Origin: Candidatus Latescibacterota bacterium
Lineage (GTDB): Bacteria > Latescibacterota > UBA2968 > UBA8231
DNA length: 64,000 bases
Direction of reading: 5' to 3'
NCBI GenBank assembly: GCA_965223905.1
Contig: CBDCXV010000010.1
Location: 1,824,001 to 1,888,000, forward strand
Made by a program: the position numbers and the translations under genes. Every line of letters begins with the position of its first letter. The first letter of the stretch is position 1. Shown here piece by piece: positions 51,492 through 61,213 of the stretch. The notes under the pieces are model-generated. The model did not search any database. It was given only the letters and a program-made list of their open reading frames with translations, and had not been told where the DNA came from.

Positions 51492-52148
51492 ATAAGTAGA
51501 TGGTCATGAACGCGGCGCCTATGAAGCTGAGGGAAAGGGCGATCATCATGCCCCAGAAGAGACGCGTTTTTGAGCCCCTTATGGACTCAGCGAGCTTGAT
51601 ACCGTGGGCGCATGCCACCATGGGTGAGGTCCGCGACTGTCCCTGCCACACGAAGGTGAAACCGAGGGCCACCAGGCCTTTCGCGCCCAGTGCCGAGGTG
51701 CCGAACCCGGAAATGACGAAGTAAGCGGGCACGTGGGGGCTTCTCGCCGTGGCGACCCCCGCCGTGGTCACCGCGCGCGCCACCCAGATGAAGAAGATGA
51801 GGCTGACGATGACGAGAATCGGCACGAAAACGGCAGGCACCCCCGAGCGCCACAACCAGAAGGAGATGAACAGGAGGCTGGCGATGAAACCGATGACGGC
51901 TGTGCGGTAGCGCAGTAGCTCCTCGCTGTCGTCGACGCCGGAGTCGGGATTCCAGACCTTCTGCAGCACATCCACCAAGTGTTGGCGGGCGCTCCAGAGG
52001 CCGAAGAGGATGAAAACGATGACGGCGCCGGTGGCCTGGTGGGTCAAGTCCGCAGACTGGTGGTCGTCGTAGCCGCTCTGCAACTCCGTGCTCCTGATAC
52101 CGAGGAAAGTGAACAGGCCATCTTCGAGCTTGCAGAACAGGTAAAAGA

Positions 52149-53612
52149 GGCTATATACGGGTTTTTCAACGTGGTATTTATAGCGTTTCCCCAATGAGAT
52201 TTTTAGGGTTTCATACTGTACGGAATCGGGCCGGAATCTGCGCAGGGATATCGAGGTCTCCGACGCACAGGTAAATCAGGTCGGCAAAGGCATCCAGAGT
52301 TTTAAATCCACTGGCTCGATTCTTGACCATGCGGATAATGCGATTGAGCCCTTCGGCGGCGGCGTTGGTCAGGTGCGTGTCGACGAAGGCGGTGATGCCG
52401 GCCGCCTGCTTGCGCACCGTGTTGACGAACTTGCGCAGGGGCTGCAGGCGGCTGCGCAGGGCCGCCGTCGTCCACTTCTTGAGGAAGCGTTCGGCGGCCC
52501 AGCGCGCCTTGTAGCGCCAGAAGTGCTCGAACTCGTCCTTCAGGCGCCAGGCGCGGTAGATGCGGCGGTTGGCCTTCTCCAGGGTTTGGAGCGTGCGCCG
52601 GTCCTTTCGCGAGCGCTGGGCGGAGTGATGCAGCAGCACCCAGCGCAGGCCCTTGAGCAGCTTGCGGTCCTCGCCACAGGCTTGCCGCCACTGCTCCTTG
52701 CGCACCTCGTCGACGGCTTCGTTGAGGGCCTTGACGACGTGGAATCGGTCCAGGACCAACTCGGCGTTGGGACAATGCTGCCGGATGGCGCCGATGAAGG
52801 TCTCGCTCAGGTCGCAGCAGGCCCAGCGGATGCGGTCCTTCTGGAAGGCGCTGAGATGGTCCCGGAAAAACGCGTCGATGGTCTTCCGTGCCTTGCCCTT
52901 GCCGACCCAGACGACACGGGAGCGTTCCAGGTCGTAGACCAGGGTAGCGTATTTATGGCCCTTGGCGTAGGAGATCTCGTCGATGCCGAGGGTCTTCAGC
53001 CGGCGGATGCGGTGCCCCGTACGCCGGCGCTCGATGAGCCGGTGCAGCTGGTCGGACAGGGTCGACGGGGCCAGACCCAGCAGGCGCGCGGCGGCGGCCT
53101 GCGTCATCCACTGGCAGTACCTCAGCAGCAGGTATTCGAAGCGGTAGCTGACCTGGGCCGAGGGCGCCGCCCAGGGCACCTCCTCGACGCGACGGCCGTG
53201 GGTCGGGCAGCGGATCTCCCGAGGGGCGTGGTGCAACCAGAGGGTACGGCCGCAAACGCGGACGTCGCGCCAGCGGCGGAACTCCATGACCTGTACGATC
53301 TTGCCGCGGCGCCCACACTCGGGACACCGGCACCCGTTCCTTTGGGGCTTCACCGCGACCACGACGGCCGCTTCTTCCCCGTGTCCTTCGAACCACACGC
53401 CCACCGCGCGAAATCCCTTGAATTGGAACAGCTTGGAGACGAACTTCATAGCGGTCATAGGTCGCCTTCCCTTCCCTTTCTTGGGGAGTGCTTGATGGGG
53501 ATACACCAAGCATAGGGAACGACCTATGGCCTTGTCATGTACTCAGATGGACAGCAAGGGCTCAGGTACTTTCCGTACTTACGTTTCGGCGTTGAAAAAC
53601 CCGGATAGACCC
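52149..53612 (-). mobile_element. ISL3-family IS, intact copy 2
   Basis: IRs GGCTATATACGGGTTTTTCAACG / GGGTCTATCCGGGTTTTTCAACG; flanking duplication CAGGTAAAAGA (52138-52148, 53613-53623). Confidence 0.93.
52211..53509 (-). CDS. tnp: ISL3 transposase (true start may be ~53458)
   Basis: CPECG zinc finger, GIDE...KGHKY, CCDL, DRFHVVK, TNAAAEGLN..I..VK..ASGF. Confidence 0.93.
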   Translation of the reverse strand: MVYPHQALPKKGKGRRPMTAMKFVSKLFQFKGFRAVGVWFEGHGEEAAVVVAVKPQRNGCRCPECGRRGKIVQVMEFRRWRDVRVCGRTLWLHHAPREIRCPTHGRRVEEVPWAAPSAQVSYRFEYLLLRYCQWMTQAAAARLLGLAPSTLSDQLHRLIERRRTGHRIRRLKTLGIDEISYAKGHKYATLVYDLERSRVVWVGKGKARKTIDAFFRDHLSAFQKDRIRWACCDLSETFIGAIRQHCPNAELVLDRFHVVKALNEAVDEVRKEQWRQACGEDRKLLKGLRWVLLHHSAQRSRKDRRTLQTLEKANRRIYRAWRLKDEFEHFWRYKARWAAERFLKKWTTAALRSRLQPLRKFVNTVRKQAAGITAFVDTHLTNAAAEGLNRIIRMVKNRASGFKTLDAFADLIYLCVGDLDIPAQIPARFRTV

Positions 53613-54497
53613 CAGGTAAAAGAACCAGATGCTGAAGGTGATCTGCAGATTGACCAGGTAGAAGAAACCGATCCAGGCGAAGCTGAAGGCCATGGGCAGG
53701 TGGATCATCCCGCGCCACAACCTGATCGGCTCCAGCCGGAAGTTGAACTCGGGCACGGCGGGAAAGAACTCGTGCAGTCCGGTACAGCTGAAGTAGACGA
53801 AGGGGATCGCGAAACCGACCCACATGATCGGGCTGCGGAAGAGGGGCGCGACAGCGCCGAGGGCCCCCTCGCCCTTCTCGATCATCCTGTTCGGCAGCTC
53901 CATCATGGGGTAGGAGAGGCGTTCGTGCACTGACCACTGGCGATGCAGGATGGAACTGACACAGACGAGCATGAAGCCCATGGCCATGATGAGGGAGAAC
54001 CAGTAGGCCAGTGGTTCGATCCACGCTGACCAGGCGATGGAGGCACCTCTTGGGAGGCCCTCGTAGAAGTGCATGATCGACTGCATGTCCTGCGGCACCA
54101 TCCAGGTGGGAATGTGATCGTGGATGAGCTCGGCGTAGCGGTTCTCGGGGGTGGCGTAGTAGTAGGGAAACACCATGGTGCCGAGGAGGAAGAACATGAG
54201 CCCCCAGGTCGGCGTGGTGACCGCCATCAGGAGCATGCAATAGACGAGCACGAGATCGGCCCGCGAGAGCGTGAAGTGACCCCGCACGAGGCTGCAGAGA
54301 ACGTTGACGACGAGGAGAAGGACGAGGAAAAGGAAGATGGCGCCCGGCGACGAGGGGTTGAACCCGATATGGAAATACGTGAAGGCGAGCCCATATGGAG
54401 CCACCAGCCCGACGGCGAGGCTCATGGCCGCTCCGATGAGGAGTCCCTTCAAGGAAAAAGGTGAAGGGGGGTTCATGAAACGCTCATGGGATTACCT

Positions 54498-55335
54498 TCA
54501 CGCGGCGGCCTCTTGCAGCAGCGCCATCAAGTTGCCTCCCGCGATGCGGTCGCGGTCGTCGTCGCGCAGGAAGGGCATCTTCCACAACAGCTCCAGGGTC
54601 TGCGGGTAGGTTTGAAAGTTGAGGCAGGGGGCGTAGTCCGACGCGAACAGCAGGCGCTCGACGCCAAACGCCTCGATCAGCGCTTCGACGTATGGCCATG
54701 CCAGCTCGTGAGGGTAGTCGTGACCGGGTTCGGTCAAGGCGTAGAAGCCGCTCAGCTTCACGCTTGTTTGGGGATAACGGGCGAGTGCGAGCACGTCGCT
54801 CAGCCTGTTGCGAGCCTCGGCCCCGTCGATCGGCTCGGTGACGCGATCGGGCAGCCCGAGATGGGACATGATCAGCCGCAGCTGCTTGTGGCGCTCGAGG
54901 ACCTCCTGCCAGACCGGCCAGGCCTCTATTTTCGCGTTGACGCTGAGCACCCAGCGGATGTCGGTCAGCCATTCCCAGATGGAGTCCGGGTAGGCGCGCA
55001 CGGCGTCATCACTCCTCGGGTACATCACCAGACCCACTACTCCCTGGTCGCGCCATGTCTCCAGCGTATCGGCATTTGGAGGATTGTCGGGCTTTATGTA
55101 GGTGGCGGGACGGACCCAGTCGTACTTCGATTGCAGACCAATGACGTATTCGTTGTTGCCGTCGTTGCCCTCGCAGTCTGTGTAGCAGACGATGAGGGCT
55201 GCGGCCACGTCGTTATCCCTGGCCAGAGAGTCGAAGCAGGCAGCTTCGTCTATGTGCACACCGGGCCGGGCGCTGAACGTTCCCTCCCAGGGGGTGCTCG
55301 AAAAGGTGGATGTGAGCATCGGCTCGTTGCGCCAT
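54498..55335 (-). pseudogene. Amidohydrolase_2-family protein with a +1 frameshift near the 5' end
   Basis: MAQRADAHIHLFEH starts at 55335; the frame switches in a C5 run (55290-55294); SHLG, VKLSG, FGVERLLFASDY, GGN follow. Confidence 0.75.
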
Positions 55336-55517
55336 GAGTGGTCTCCGTCTGGCGAATTGATCGTTGGAGGCGGCTCGGTACTAAGCGGCGGTGGAAACGC
55401 CCGTTGAGGCTCGGTAATATAGAGCGCAGCCGAGGCAGCCACATCCCGCAACACCTTCAAAGAGCGGAGAATGTACTCGACCGGACAGACCTATCAGCTC
55501 AAAGATTGGGGGGACAC

Positions 55518-55826
55518 GTGATCAGATTTTGCATCGCACTGACGGTCGCGCTGCTCAGCCTGGCACCTTGCCGGGCCCTGCAGCGCACCGACACGGAATT
55601 CAAGATCTTCCAGTTTCCCGCCAACATGATTCCACGCATCGACGGTCAGACCGGAGATTGGGCGATGGTACCCGAAAGCTACGCCTACGGCACCGAGCAG
55701 CTTTCCGACACGGTGATGGGCAATTTCACCGACTACGATCGCGACGACCTGGACGTGAACGTGCGCGTCGGGTGGGTAAAAGGTCTGAACCGGCTCTACT
55801 TCCTCTACGAGGCGTACGACGACTAA
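55518..55826 (+). pseudogene. Truncated secreted CBM9-like protein
   Basis: Signal peptide, FQFPANMIPRIDG..GDW, VGWVKGLNRLYF; stops after ~100 aa. Confidence 0.7.
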
Positions 55827-55856
55827 AGGAATGTCATCAAATTGCGAGGACAATCG

Positions 55857-58800
55857 ATGAAATGGACATGGGCAGCTGTCGCGTTGTTGACCGCAAAACT
55901 GGCCTTCGCCTTTTCGGTACTCATCGTCTGGTGCCTATCGCACGGCGTGTCGGCGGCTGACACACGCATTTCGCTTCGCGTCCCCGAGCTGGCCGGCGCC
56001 GACCGCGACGAGGAGATAGTCACCTCGGGCGTGCCGCTGAGCAGGGGCACGCTCACCGACGTGTCGCAGAGCCGGCTGCTGGACGCGGACGGCATTGAGG
56101 TGCCCTTCGTCAGCACCGTCCTGGCGCGCTGGCCGGACGAATCGGTGAAGTGGTTGTTGCTCGACTTCCGCGCCACCGTCGCCGCGCGCCAGACGGCCCG
56201 TTTCACGCTGGAATGCGGTTCCCCATCGACGGCGAAGCCGACCGGGCCGCAGGTGTCCGTCAGGGAAGGGGACCGCTTCATAGAGGTCACTACCGGGCCG
56301 CTGCGGTTCCGCGTGAGCCGCCACCGCTACACGTTCCTGGATGAGGTTTGGCTCGACGAGAACGACGACGGCGCCTTCTCACCGGCCGAGTCGGTGGTGA
56401 CCTCCGGCGCAGGCGACAGCCGCCTCGAGGTCGAGACCACGCCGCCCGGCCCTCCGCAGGAGGAGAACTGGCTTGTCGACGCGGCAGGCGGGCCGCGTCA
56501 GGGGTACGAGGCCGTCGTCACCGAGGCACGGGTCGAGTTCGCCAACCCGCTGCGCGCCGTGGTGCTGGTGCGGGGCGAGTATCGCGACGGTGCGGGTGGG
56601 AGCATCGGTCCGTTCTGGACGAGGTACACCGCATGGGCAGACGACACGACCATCGGGGTCGAGCACTTCTTCGCCTTCGACGCCGACGTGGAAAAGGCGT
56701 TCCTCAGGTCGCTGTCACTCGGACTGCCGTTTGCCGGCGATGGGCCGCTGGCGGCGACGTTCGGGCTCGGGGAAGGGGAGACCGCCGCGCCAGACGCGGG
56801 CCTCGCCGAGACGGCACTGGTCGAGGTGATGCCGGACCGGTTCTACCACCTGGTGCCGCTGACCGTCGACCGCCGGGTGCGGTATCAGGTGGTTGGCAAA
56901 GCGGCCAATGGCGGCGATCAGGTGCTCAAAGAAGGCGTCGAGGCCGCCGGCTGGGTTCGCCTGGAAGGGGACCGGGCGACGACGACCATCGCCTTGCGCG
57001 ACTTCCCGCGGCTGCACCCCAAAGAGATCCGAGTCGAGCCGGGCAAGCGCGCGTTGCGGTATTTCCTGTGGCCCGAGCGCGGCGGCAAGGTCCTGGACTT
57101 GCGCCGCCGCTACAAGGGACAACGGGTGGAGGACCACTACGATACCGGCGAGTACGAGCCCGCCGGCCGTGGTTTCGGAAAGACCCATCAGCTGCTCATC
57201 GACTTCAGTCCCACCCCACCGAGCGACACAGCGGCGTCGGCAGACGCAGCCTCGTCAGCGGACGCAAGGGCTTCTGCATTAGCCCGGCGCGCCGACGAGC
57301 CGTTGCGCGCGTTTTGCACCCCCCAGCACTACGCCGCGTGCGACGTCTGGAACCGCTTCCAGCCGGTCGACACCGAACACTTCCCACAGACCGAGGCGAT
57401 GATCCGCCTGGGAATCGAGTGGGCCCTTCGCCTGCCGCGGACCTTCCACTGGGACGGCCTCGTCGACTGGGGCGATACGTTCTTCTGGGGGTACGAAGGG
57501 GCCCCACACGGTCAGGTCGCCGAAGTGCCCAAGACGAGCTGGGTCGTGCGTGGATACGATGGCTGGCTCAACAACGACTGCAACGTGGCGCACGACTTCA
57601 TGGTCCTCTTCTTGCGCTCGGCCGACGACCGGATCTACCAGTACTGGGAGCGGATGGTCCAGCACGTCATGGACGTGGACACGATCCACGCCGCCGAAGA
57701 CCCGACCCACGTCGGCGGCGGCCGGCGACACGACCAGCAGCATTGGGGCGCGTCGTATACGGGCTATGGCACCGCTGCGGTCGAAGCGGGTGAGCTGTAC
57801 TACCTCACCGGTAGCCTGTGGGCGAAGGAGATGCTGGTCAAGTACGCCGACTGGTACATGGTGGGTGGTGGGGCGGAATGGGAGACGCGCTTGCCATGTC
57901 TCGTTCTGGCCTGGGAGGCTACCGGGGACGACAAGTACATGCGCTACATCGAGCGCCCCGAGATGCGGGAGGACGTCTATGGACTTGCGATGGGTATCCC
58001 CGGCGCCATCGACGTCCCGCACTTTCGCACCAACGGCGTCGAGGTCGGCGTCGACTTCCTATATCGGGCCACCGGCGACGCCCAGTGGCTCGACCATCTC
58101 ACTACAGCGGCGCGCCATATGATCGAGGTCAACCCGGGCAATAAGTACGGCCGGTCGCTCCTGGCGAAAGCCTACCTGGCCACCGGCGACCAGGAGGTGC
58201 TCGACTGGCTGCGACGACTCCTGGTCGTCGGCGACCCGTACAAACGCACAACTCAGGAGTCGTTCTTCCGGGAGAACCAGATTCAGGACGACGTCACCGA
58301 GCTGTCATTCGACGAGCTCTCCGAGCTGTTCAGGGCGGCGCCGATGGACGACGTGCGGAACATGATCTACATCTACCGGTACTATCCCTACGTGATGGCG
58401 GCGCTGAAAAAGGCGGGACTCGACGAGAGCCGGATGGAGCTGATCGACTTTGCCCTCGACCGGCGCGGCATGGGGCAGTATCACCTGCGTGGTCCCGACG
58501 TGCCAGCTCCCGTCGACGCGCACTTCGAGTCCGTGTCCCTCGCCGCCGTGGCGAACACCGATCCATTAGCGGACCCGTTCAGTCTATACAGACACTGGCA
58601 GCGGCATCCCCTCCAACACGGCGAAATCGGCTTCGACTTCGGCGAAAGGCAGGTCACTGTCGACGCGGGCGAGTGCGAGCCAGGTTACCTGCCCGTGCGC
58701 ACGGCCACTGCGTATCCGTACCGGGCGCCGATCCCACGCGCCGCGGAGCACGACGGCACGAACCTCATCGGCCTTCCCTTCGGCACGACCTGGCAGATCA

Positions 58801-60113
58801 ACAGCGTCCCCTTCGCCTTGCCCGACCCGGCGTCGGTCGCGGACGGGCGCACCATGCTGGTAGTCGGGAAGGGGGAGCGCGCTGTCATTCCCATCGGCCG
58901 GACCGTGCGCAAGCTCTACGCGCTCGGCCACGTGGTGCGGGCCCGCTCGAGCTGGAGGGAAACCGGCGCGCGCTACCACCTCAACTACGCCGACGGCACT
59001 ACGCGACGCATCGACCTGGACAATCTGATGGACTACGAGCACGTGTTTCAGTGGGGGTTCGCCGAGCGCTGCCTGTTCGCCCGCAACTGGAAGGTGCAGG
59101 GCAGCTGGGACGGCGGCGCACCGATCCTGAACAACTACCCGATCGAGTGCAAGGCGAAACCGCTCGAGGAGCTGGTCATCGAGGACGCGGGGAAGGGCAT
59201 CGGCTTCATGATTCTGGCGGTCACGGCAGAGCTCGACGGCGCCATGACGGAAGAGCCCGTGCTCGACGTGTCCTTCACCGCCCCCGGCGCGTCGAAGAAC
59301 CTCTGGCGCGAACGGTCAGACTCCGGCTGGCTCAACGTCGCGGGCGAGCTCACGGAGAGCACCGGCGTGTTGTCTGACGGCGCGGCGACGTTGCGGACAG
59401 CGCTGGGTGATGGTCAGTACGACGTAGAGTTGGAGCTGTCCGGCGTCGGCTGGGGTGGGCCGTTCAACGTCCGCGCGAACGGGCGCATGGTCGCTCGCGG
59501 CTACGTGGCCAGCAGCGGTGGCATTCCCGGCGTGACCAGCCGGCCCGAGCGCATCCGCTTTCCGGTGACCGTGACGGGCGGCCAGCTGGACCTCACGCTG
59601 GAAGCCGACCGCACCGTCGGCAACTGGTGGCATCCCAAGCGGCTGCACGGGGGGGCCTGGCATCTGACGCAAATGCGCGTATTCGCCTCGCAGCATCCGA
59701 CGCCGGCGCCACGAGAGGAGATCACCTACGGCTGGCTCGAGCCGGACCTGGCCGTCATTCCGCTGCCGCCGGACGAGCTCGGGAGCCTCCCTTACGCCCT
59801 CCTCCGCACCTGCATCCGCAGCAAGTCTCCGTCAGGCACGTTCCGCGCCGACCTCCCTCAGGGTGACTACGAAGCGGAGCTGACCTTCGCCCTTCGCGGT
59901 AGTGGCACGCGCGAGGGGCCGGTGAAGATGAACGTGACAGTGCAGGGCAAGCGCTTTCTCACGGACTTCGACGGCGGCTCGTACGACAAGCCTGTCGTGG
60001 AGAACTACCCTGTGCGAATCGAGCCCGACGGTCACCTGGAGGTCAGGCTGGAGAGCGCGGGCGGCGAGAACGAGTGGGGGATCAGCGCGCTGGTGGTGCG
60101 GCCGGCGAAGTAG
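55857..60113 (+). CDS. Large secreted PcRGLX/YetA (exo-rhamnogalacturonan-lyase-like) multidomain protein with C-terminal carbohydrate-binding-like sandwiches
   Basis: VTSGVPL..G, ARWPDESVKWLLLDF, VTTGPLRF, WDGLVDWGD, HVMDVD, RRH..QHW. Confidence 0.75.
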   Translation: MKWTWAAVALLTAKLAFAFSVLIVWCLSHGVSAADTRISLRVPELAGADRDEEIVTSGVPLSRGTLTDVSQSRLLDADGIEVPFVSTVLARWPDESVKWLLLDFRATVAARQTARFTLECGSPSTAKPTGPQVSVREGDRFIEVTTGPLRFRVSRHRYTFLDEVWLDENDDGAFSPAESVVTSGAGDSRLEVETTPPGPPQEENWLVDAAGGPRQGYEAVVTEARVEFANPLRAVVLVRGEYRDGAGGSIGPFWTRYTAWADDTTIGVEHFFAFDADVEKAFLRSLSLGLPFAGDGPLAATFGLGEGETAAPDAGLAETALVEVMPDRFYHLVPLTVDRRVRYQVVGKAANGGDQVLKEGVEAAGWVRLEGDRATTTIALRDFPRLHPKEIRVEPGKRALRYFLWPERGGKVLDLRRRYKGQRVEDHYDTGEYEPAGRGFGKTHQLLIDFSPTPPSDTAASADAASSADARASALARRADEPLRAFCTPQHYAACDVWNRFQPVDTEHFPQTEAMIRLGIEWALRLPRTFHWDGLVDWGDTFFWGYEGAPHGQVAEVPKTSWVVRGYDGWLNNDCNVAHDFMVLFLRSADDRIYQYWERMVQHVMDVDTIHAAEDPTHVGGGRRHDQQHWGASYTGYGTAAVEAGELYYLTGSLWAKEMLVKYADWYMVGGGAEWETRLPCLVLAWEATGDDKYMRYIERPEMREDVYGLAMGIPGAIDVPHFRTNGVEVGVDFLYRATGDAQWLDHLTTAARHMIEVNPGNKYGRSLLAKAYLATGDQEVLDWLRRLLVVGDPYKRTTQESFFRENQIQDDVTELSFDELSELFRAAPMDDVRNMIYIYRYYPYVMAALKKAGLDESRMELIDFALDRRGMGQYHLRGPDVPAPVDAHFESVSLAAVANTDPLADPFSLYRHWQRHPLQHGEIGFDFGERQVTVDAGECEPGYLPVRTATAYPYRAPIPRAAEHDGTNLIGLPFGTTWQINSVPFALPDPASVADGRTMLVVGKGERAVIPIGRTVRKLYALGHVVRARSSWRETGARYHLNYADGTTRRIDLDNLMDYEHVFQWGFAERCLFARNWKVQGSWDGGAPILNNYPIECKAKPLEELVIEDAGKGIGFMILAVTAELDGAMTEEPVLDVSFTAPGASKNLWRERSDSGWLNVAGELTESTGVLSDGAATLRTALGDGQYDVELELSGVGWGGPFNVRANGRMVARGYVASSGGIPGVTSRPERIRFPVTVTGGQLDLTLEADRTVGNWWHPKRLHGGAWHLTQMRVFASQHPTPAPREEITYGWLEPDLAVIPLPPDELGSLPYALLRTCIRSKSPSGTFRADLPQGDYEAELTFALRGSGTREGPVKMNVTVQGKRFLTDFDGGSYDKPVVENYPVRIEPDGHLEVRLESAGGENEWGISALVVRPAK

Positions 60114-60142
60114 GCCGATCAGGCGAAATGTAGGCGAGCGGT

Positions 60143-60230
60143 TTATTCTACCGCAGGCGACCAGTCGGCCCAGGAATCAGCTGGGTTGTTGGTGAGATTG
60201 ATGGGATCGGAGCCGTCGGCGTTCATCACG
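60143..60230 (-). pseudogene. TolB-like (PD40) repeat C-terminal fragment
   Basis: VMNADGSDPINLTNNPADSWADWSPAVE*. Confidence 0.65.
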
Positions 60231-60502
60231 CGCCCCCGCTCGCCAATCAGCGAGAACCTCGTCAATCGTCTGCAGCAGGCGGCTAGCCCTCTGCAGCGTT
60301 ACCGAGATCGACGGATGTCTGTTGGAAATGGAGCAGCTGGGCGCCGACGAAAGCCGGCTGGCCTCGCGCCTCCGGGCCCTTCGTCAGAGCCACGATATGG
60401 AGGCGCTGGCCGCCGGGGTAGCCGCGCTTCGCCGGAGCTGACCCATGTGAGTGGCGGCCTCGATCTCATAGAGCCCAGACTCAACAGCGAGTTTCAGCCA
60501 CT

Positions 60503-60880
60503 CTACCACTCAAGACGACGGACGTCGTCGACCAGATCGAAGTGCTGGTCGCGGCTGAGCAGCGGCAGGCCATGCTGGCGAACGAGGGCTGCGATCCAGC
60601 AGTCGTTCGCCGGAATTGGTGTACCGGCTTGGCGCAGCTCGCCGCGCACTCTTGCGTAGTGCGGCACCGTCGCCATGTCCGGACAGAAGACCTCGGCCCG
60701 CTGCACAAATGCCTGCAGCCACTGTTGAAGCTCATTCTTGGACCGTGAATGGGCGATCCCGTACTCGTACTCACCGAGACTGATCAGGGTCACCGCCAGG
60801 CGGCGAGCGTCTCTCAGTTTCGCCAGAAGATCGCGATCCTTCCGAGCCAGCGCCGACAACGCATTGGTGTCCAGAATCAC
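60503..60880 (-). CDS. vapC: VapC PIN-domain toxin
   Basis: ILDTNA, LGEYEYG, IPANDCWIAA, LLSRDQHF; GTGA overlap with the antitoxin stop. Confidence 0.9.
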   Translation of the reverse strand: MILDTNALSALARKDRDLLAKLRDARRLAVTLISLGEYEYGIAHSRSKNELQQWLQAFVQRAEVFCPDMATVPHYARVRGELRQAGTPIPANDCWIAALVRQHGLPLLSRDQHFDLVDDVRRLEW

Positions 60881-61131
60881 TGCCACATCTCCGCGTCGAC
60901 ACCTCGGAAGTCGGCCGCCTTGAGAACCGCCTCCAGATCCTCGACCGCCGTCGCCGAGACGGGCGGCAGGGCCTCTGCCCACTCCGCCCAGGAGCCCGTG
61001 TCAGGCTCTTCCTCCTGGAGCATGCGGTCAAGAGCCTCCTCCAGGTATCGGCTCAGTGGTTTACCCGCAAGCGCGGCTCGAGCCTTGGCCCTCCTGAAGA
61101 TGTCATCTCGAATGTTGACTGTCGTTTTCAT
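60877..61131 (-). CDS. vapB: VapB-like RHH antitoxin
   Basis: MKTTVNIRDDIFRRAKARAA..GKPLSRYLEEAL, directly upstream of the PIN gene. Confidence 0.85.
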   Translation of the reverse strand: MKTTVNIRDDIFRRAKARAALAGKPLSRYLEEALDRMLQEEEPDTGSWAEWAEALPPVSATAVEDLEAVLKAADFRGVDAEMWQ

Positions 61132-61166
61132 GGAACATTTATACGGTTATTCCATAAAAATGTCAA
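61130..61166 (-). promoter_or_regulatory. vapBC promoter with palindromic operator; probably a leaderless transcript
   Basis: TTGACA-N17-TATAAA-N6-ATG; inverted repeat ATGGAA (61130-61135) / TTCCAT (61150-61155). Confidence 0.7.
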
Positions 61167-61213
61167 GATGCGGCATGCTTAGGGTGCTCTGGCGCAGAAC
61201 GTCTTGGCATCGC

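Larger units (their letters stand above)
49395..54476 (-). pseudogene. DUF6785/DUF6784-like membrane protein, copy 4, split by ISL3 and IS1380
   Basis: Pieces 53613-54476, 51492-52148 and 49395-49821 are collinear with copy 5. Confidence 0.9.

Noticed and set aside
55290-55294. Phase-variable tract in the amidohydrolase
   Set aside because: A 5-bp run is too short; mutation or sequencing indel is more likely
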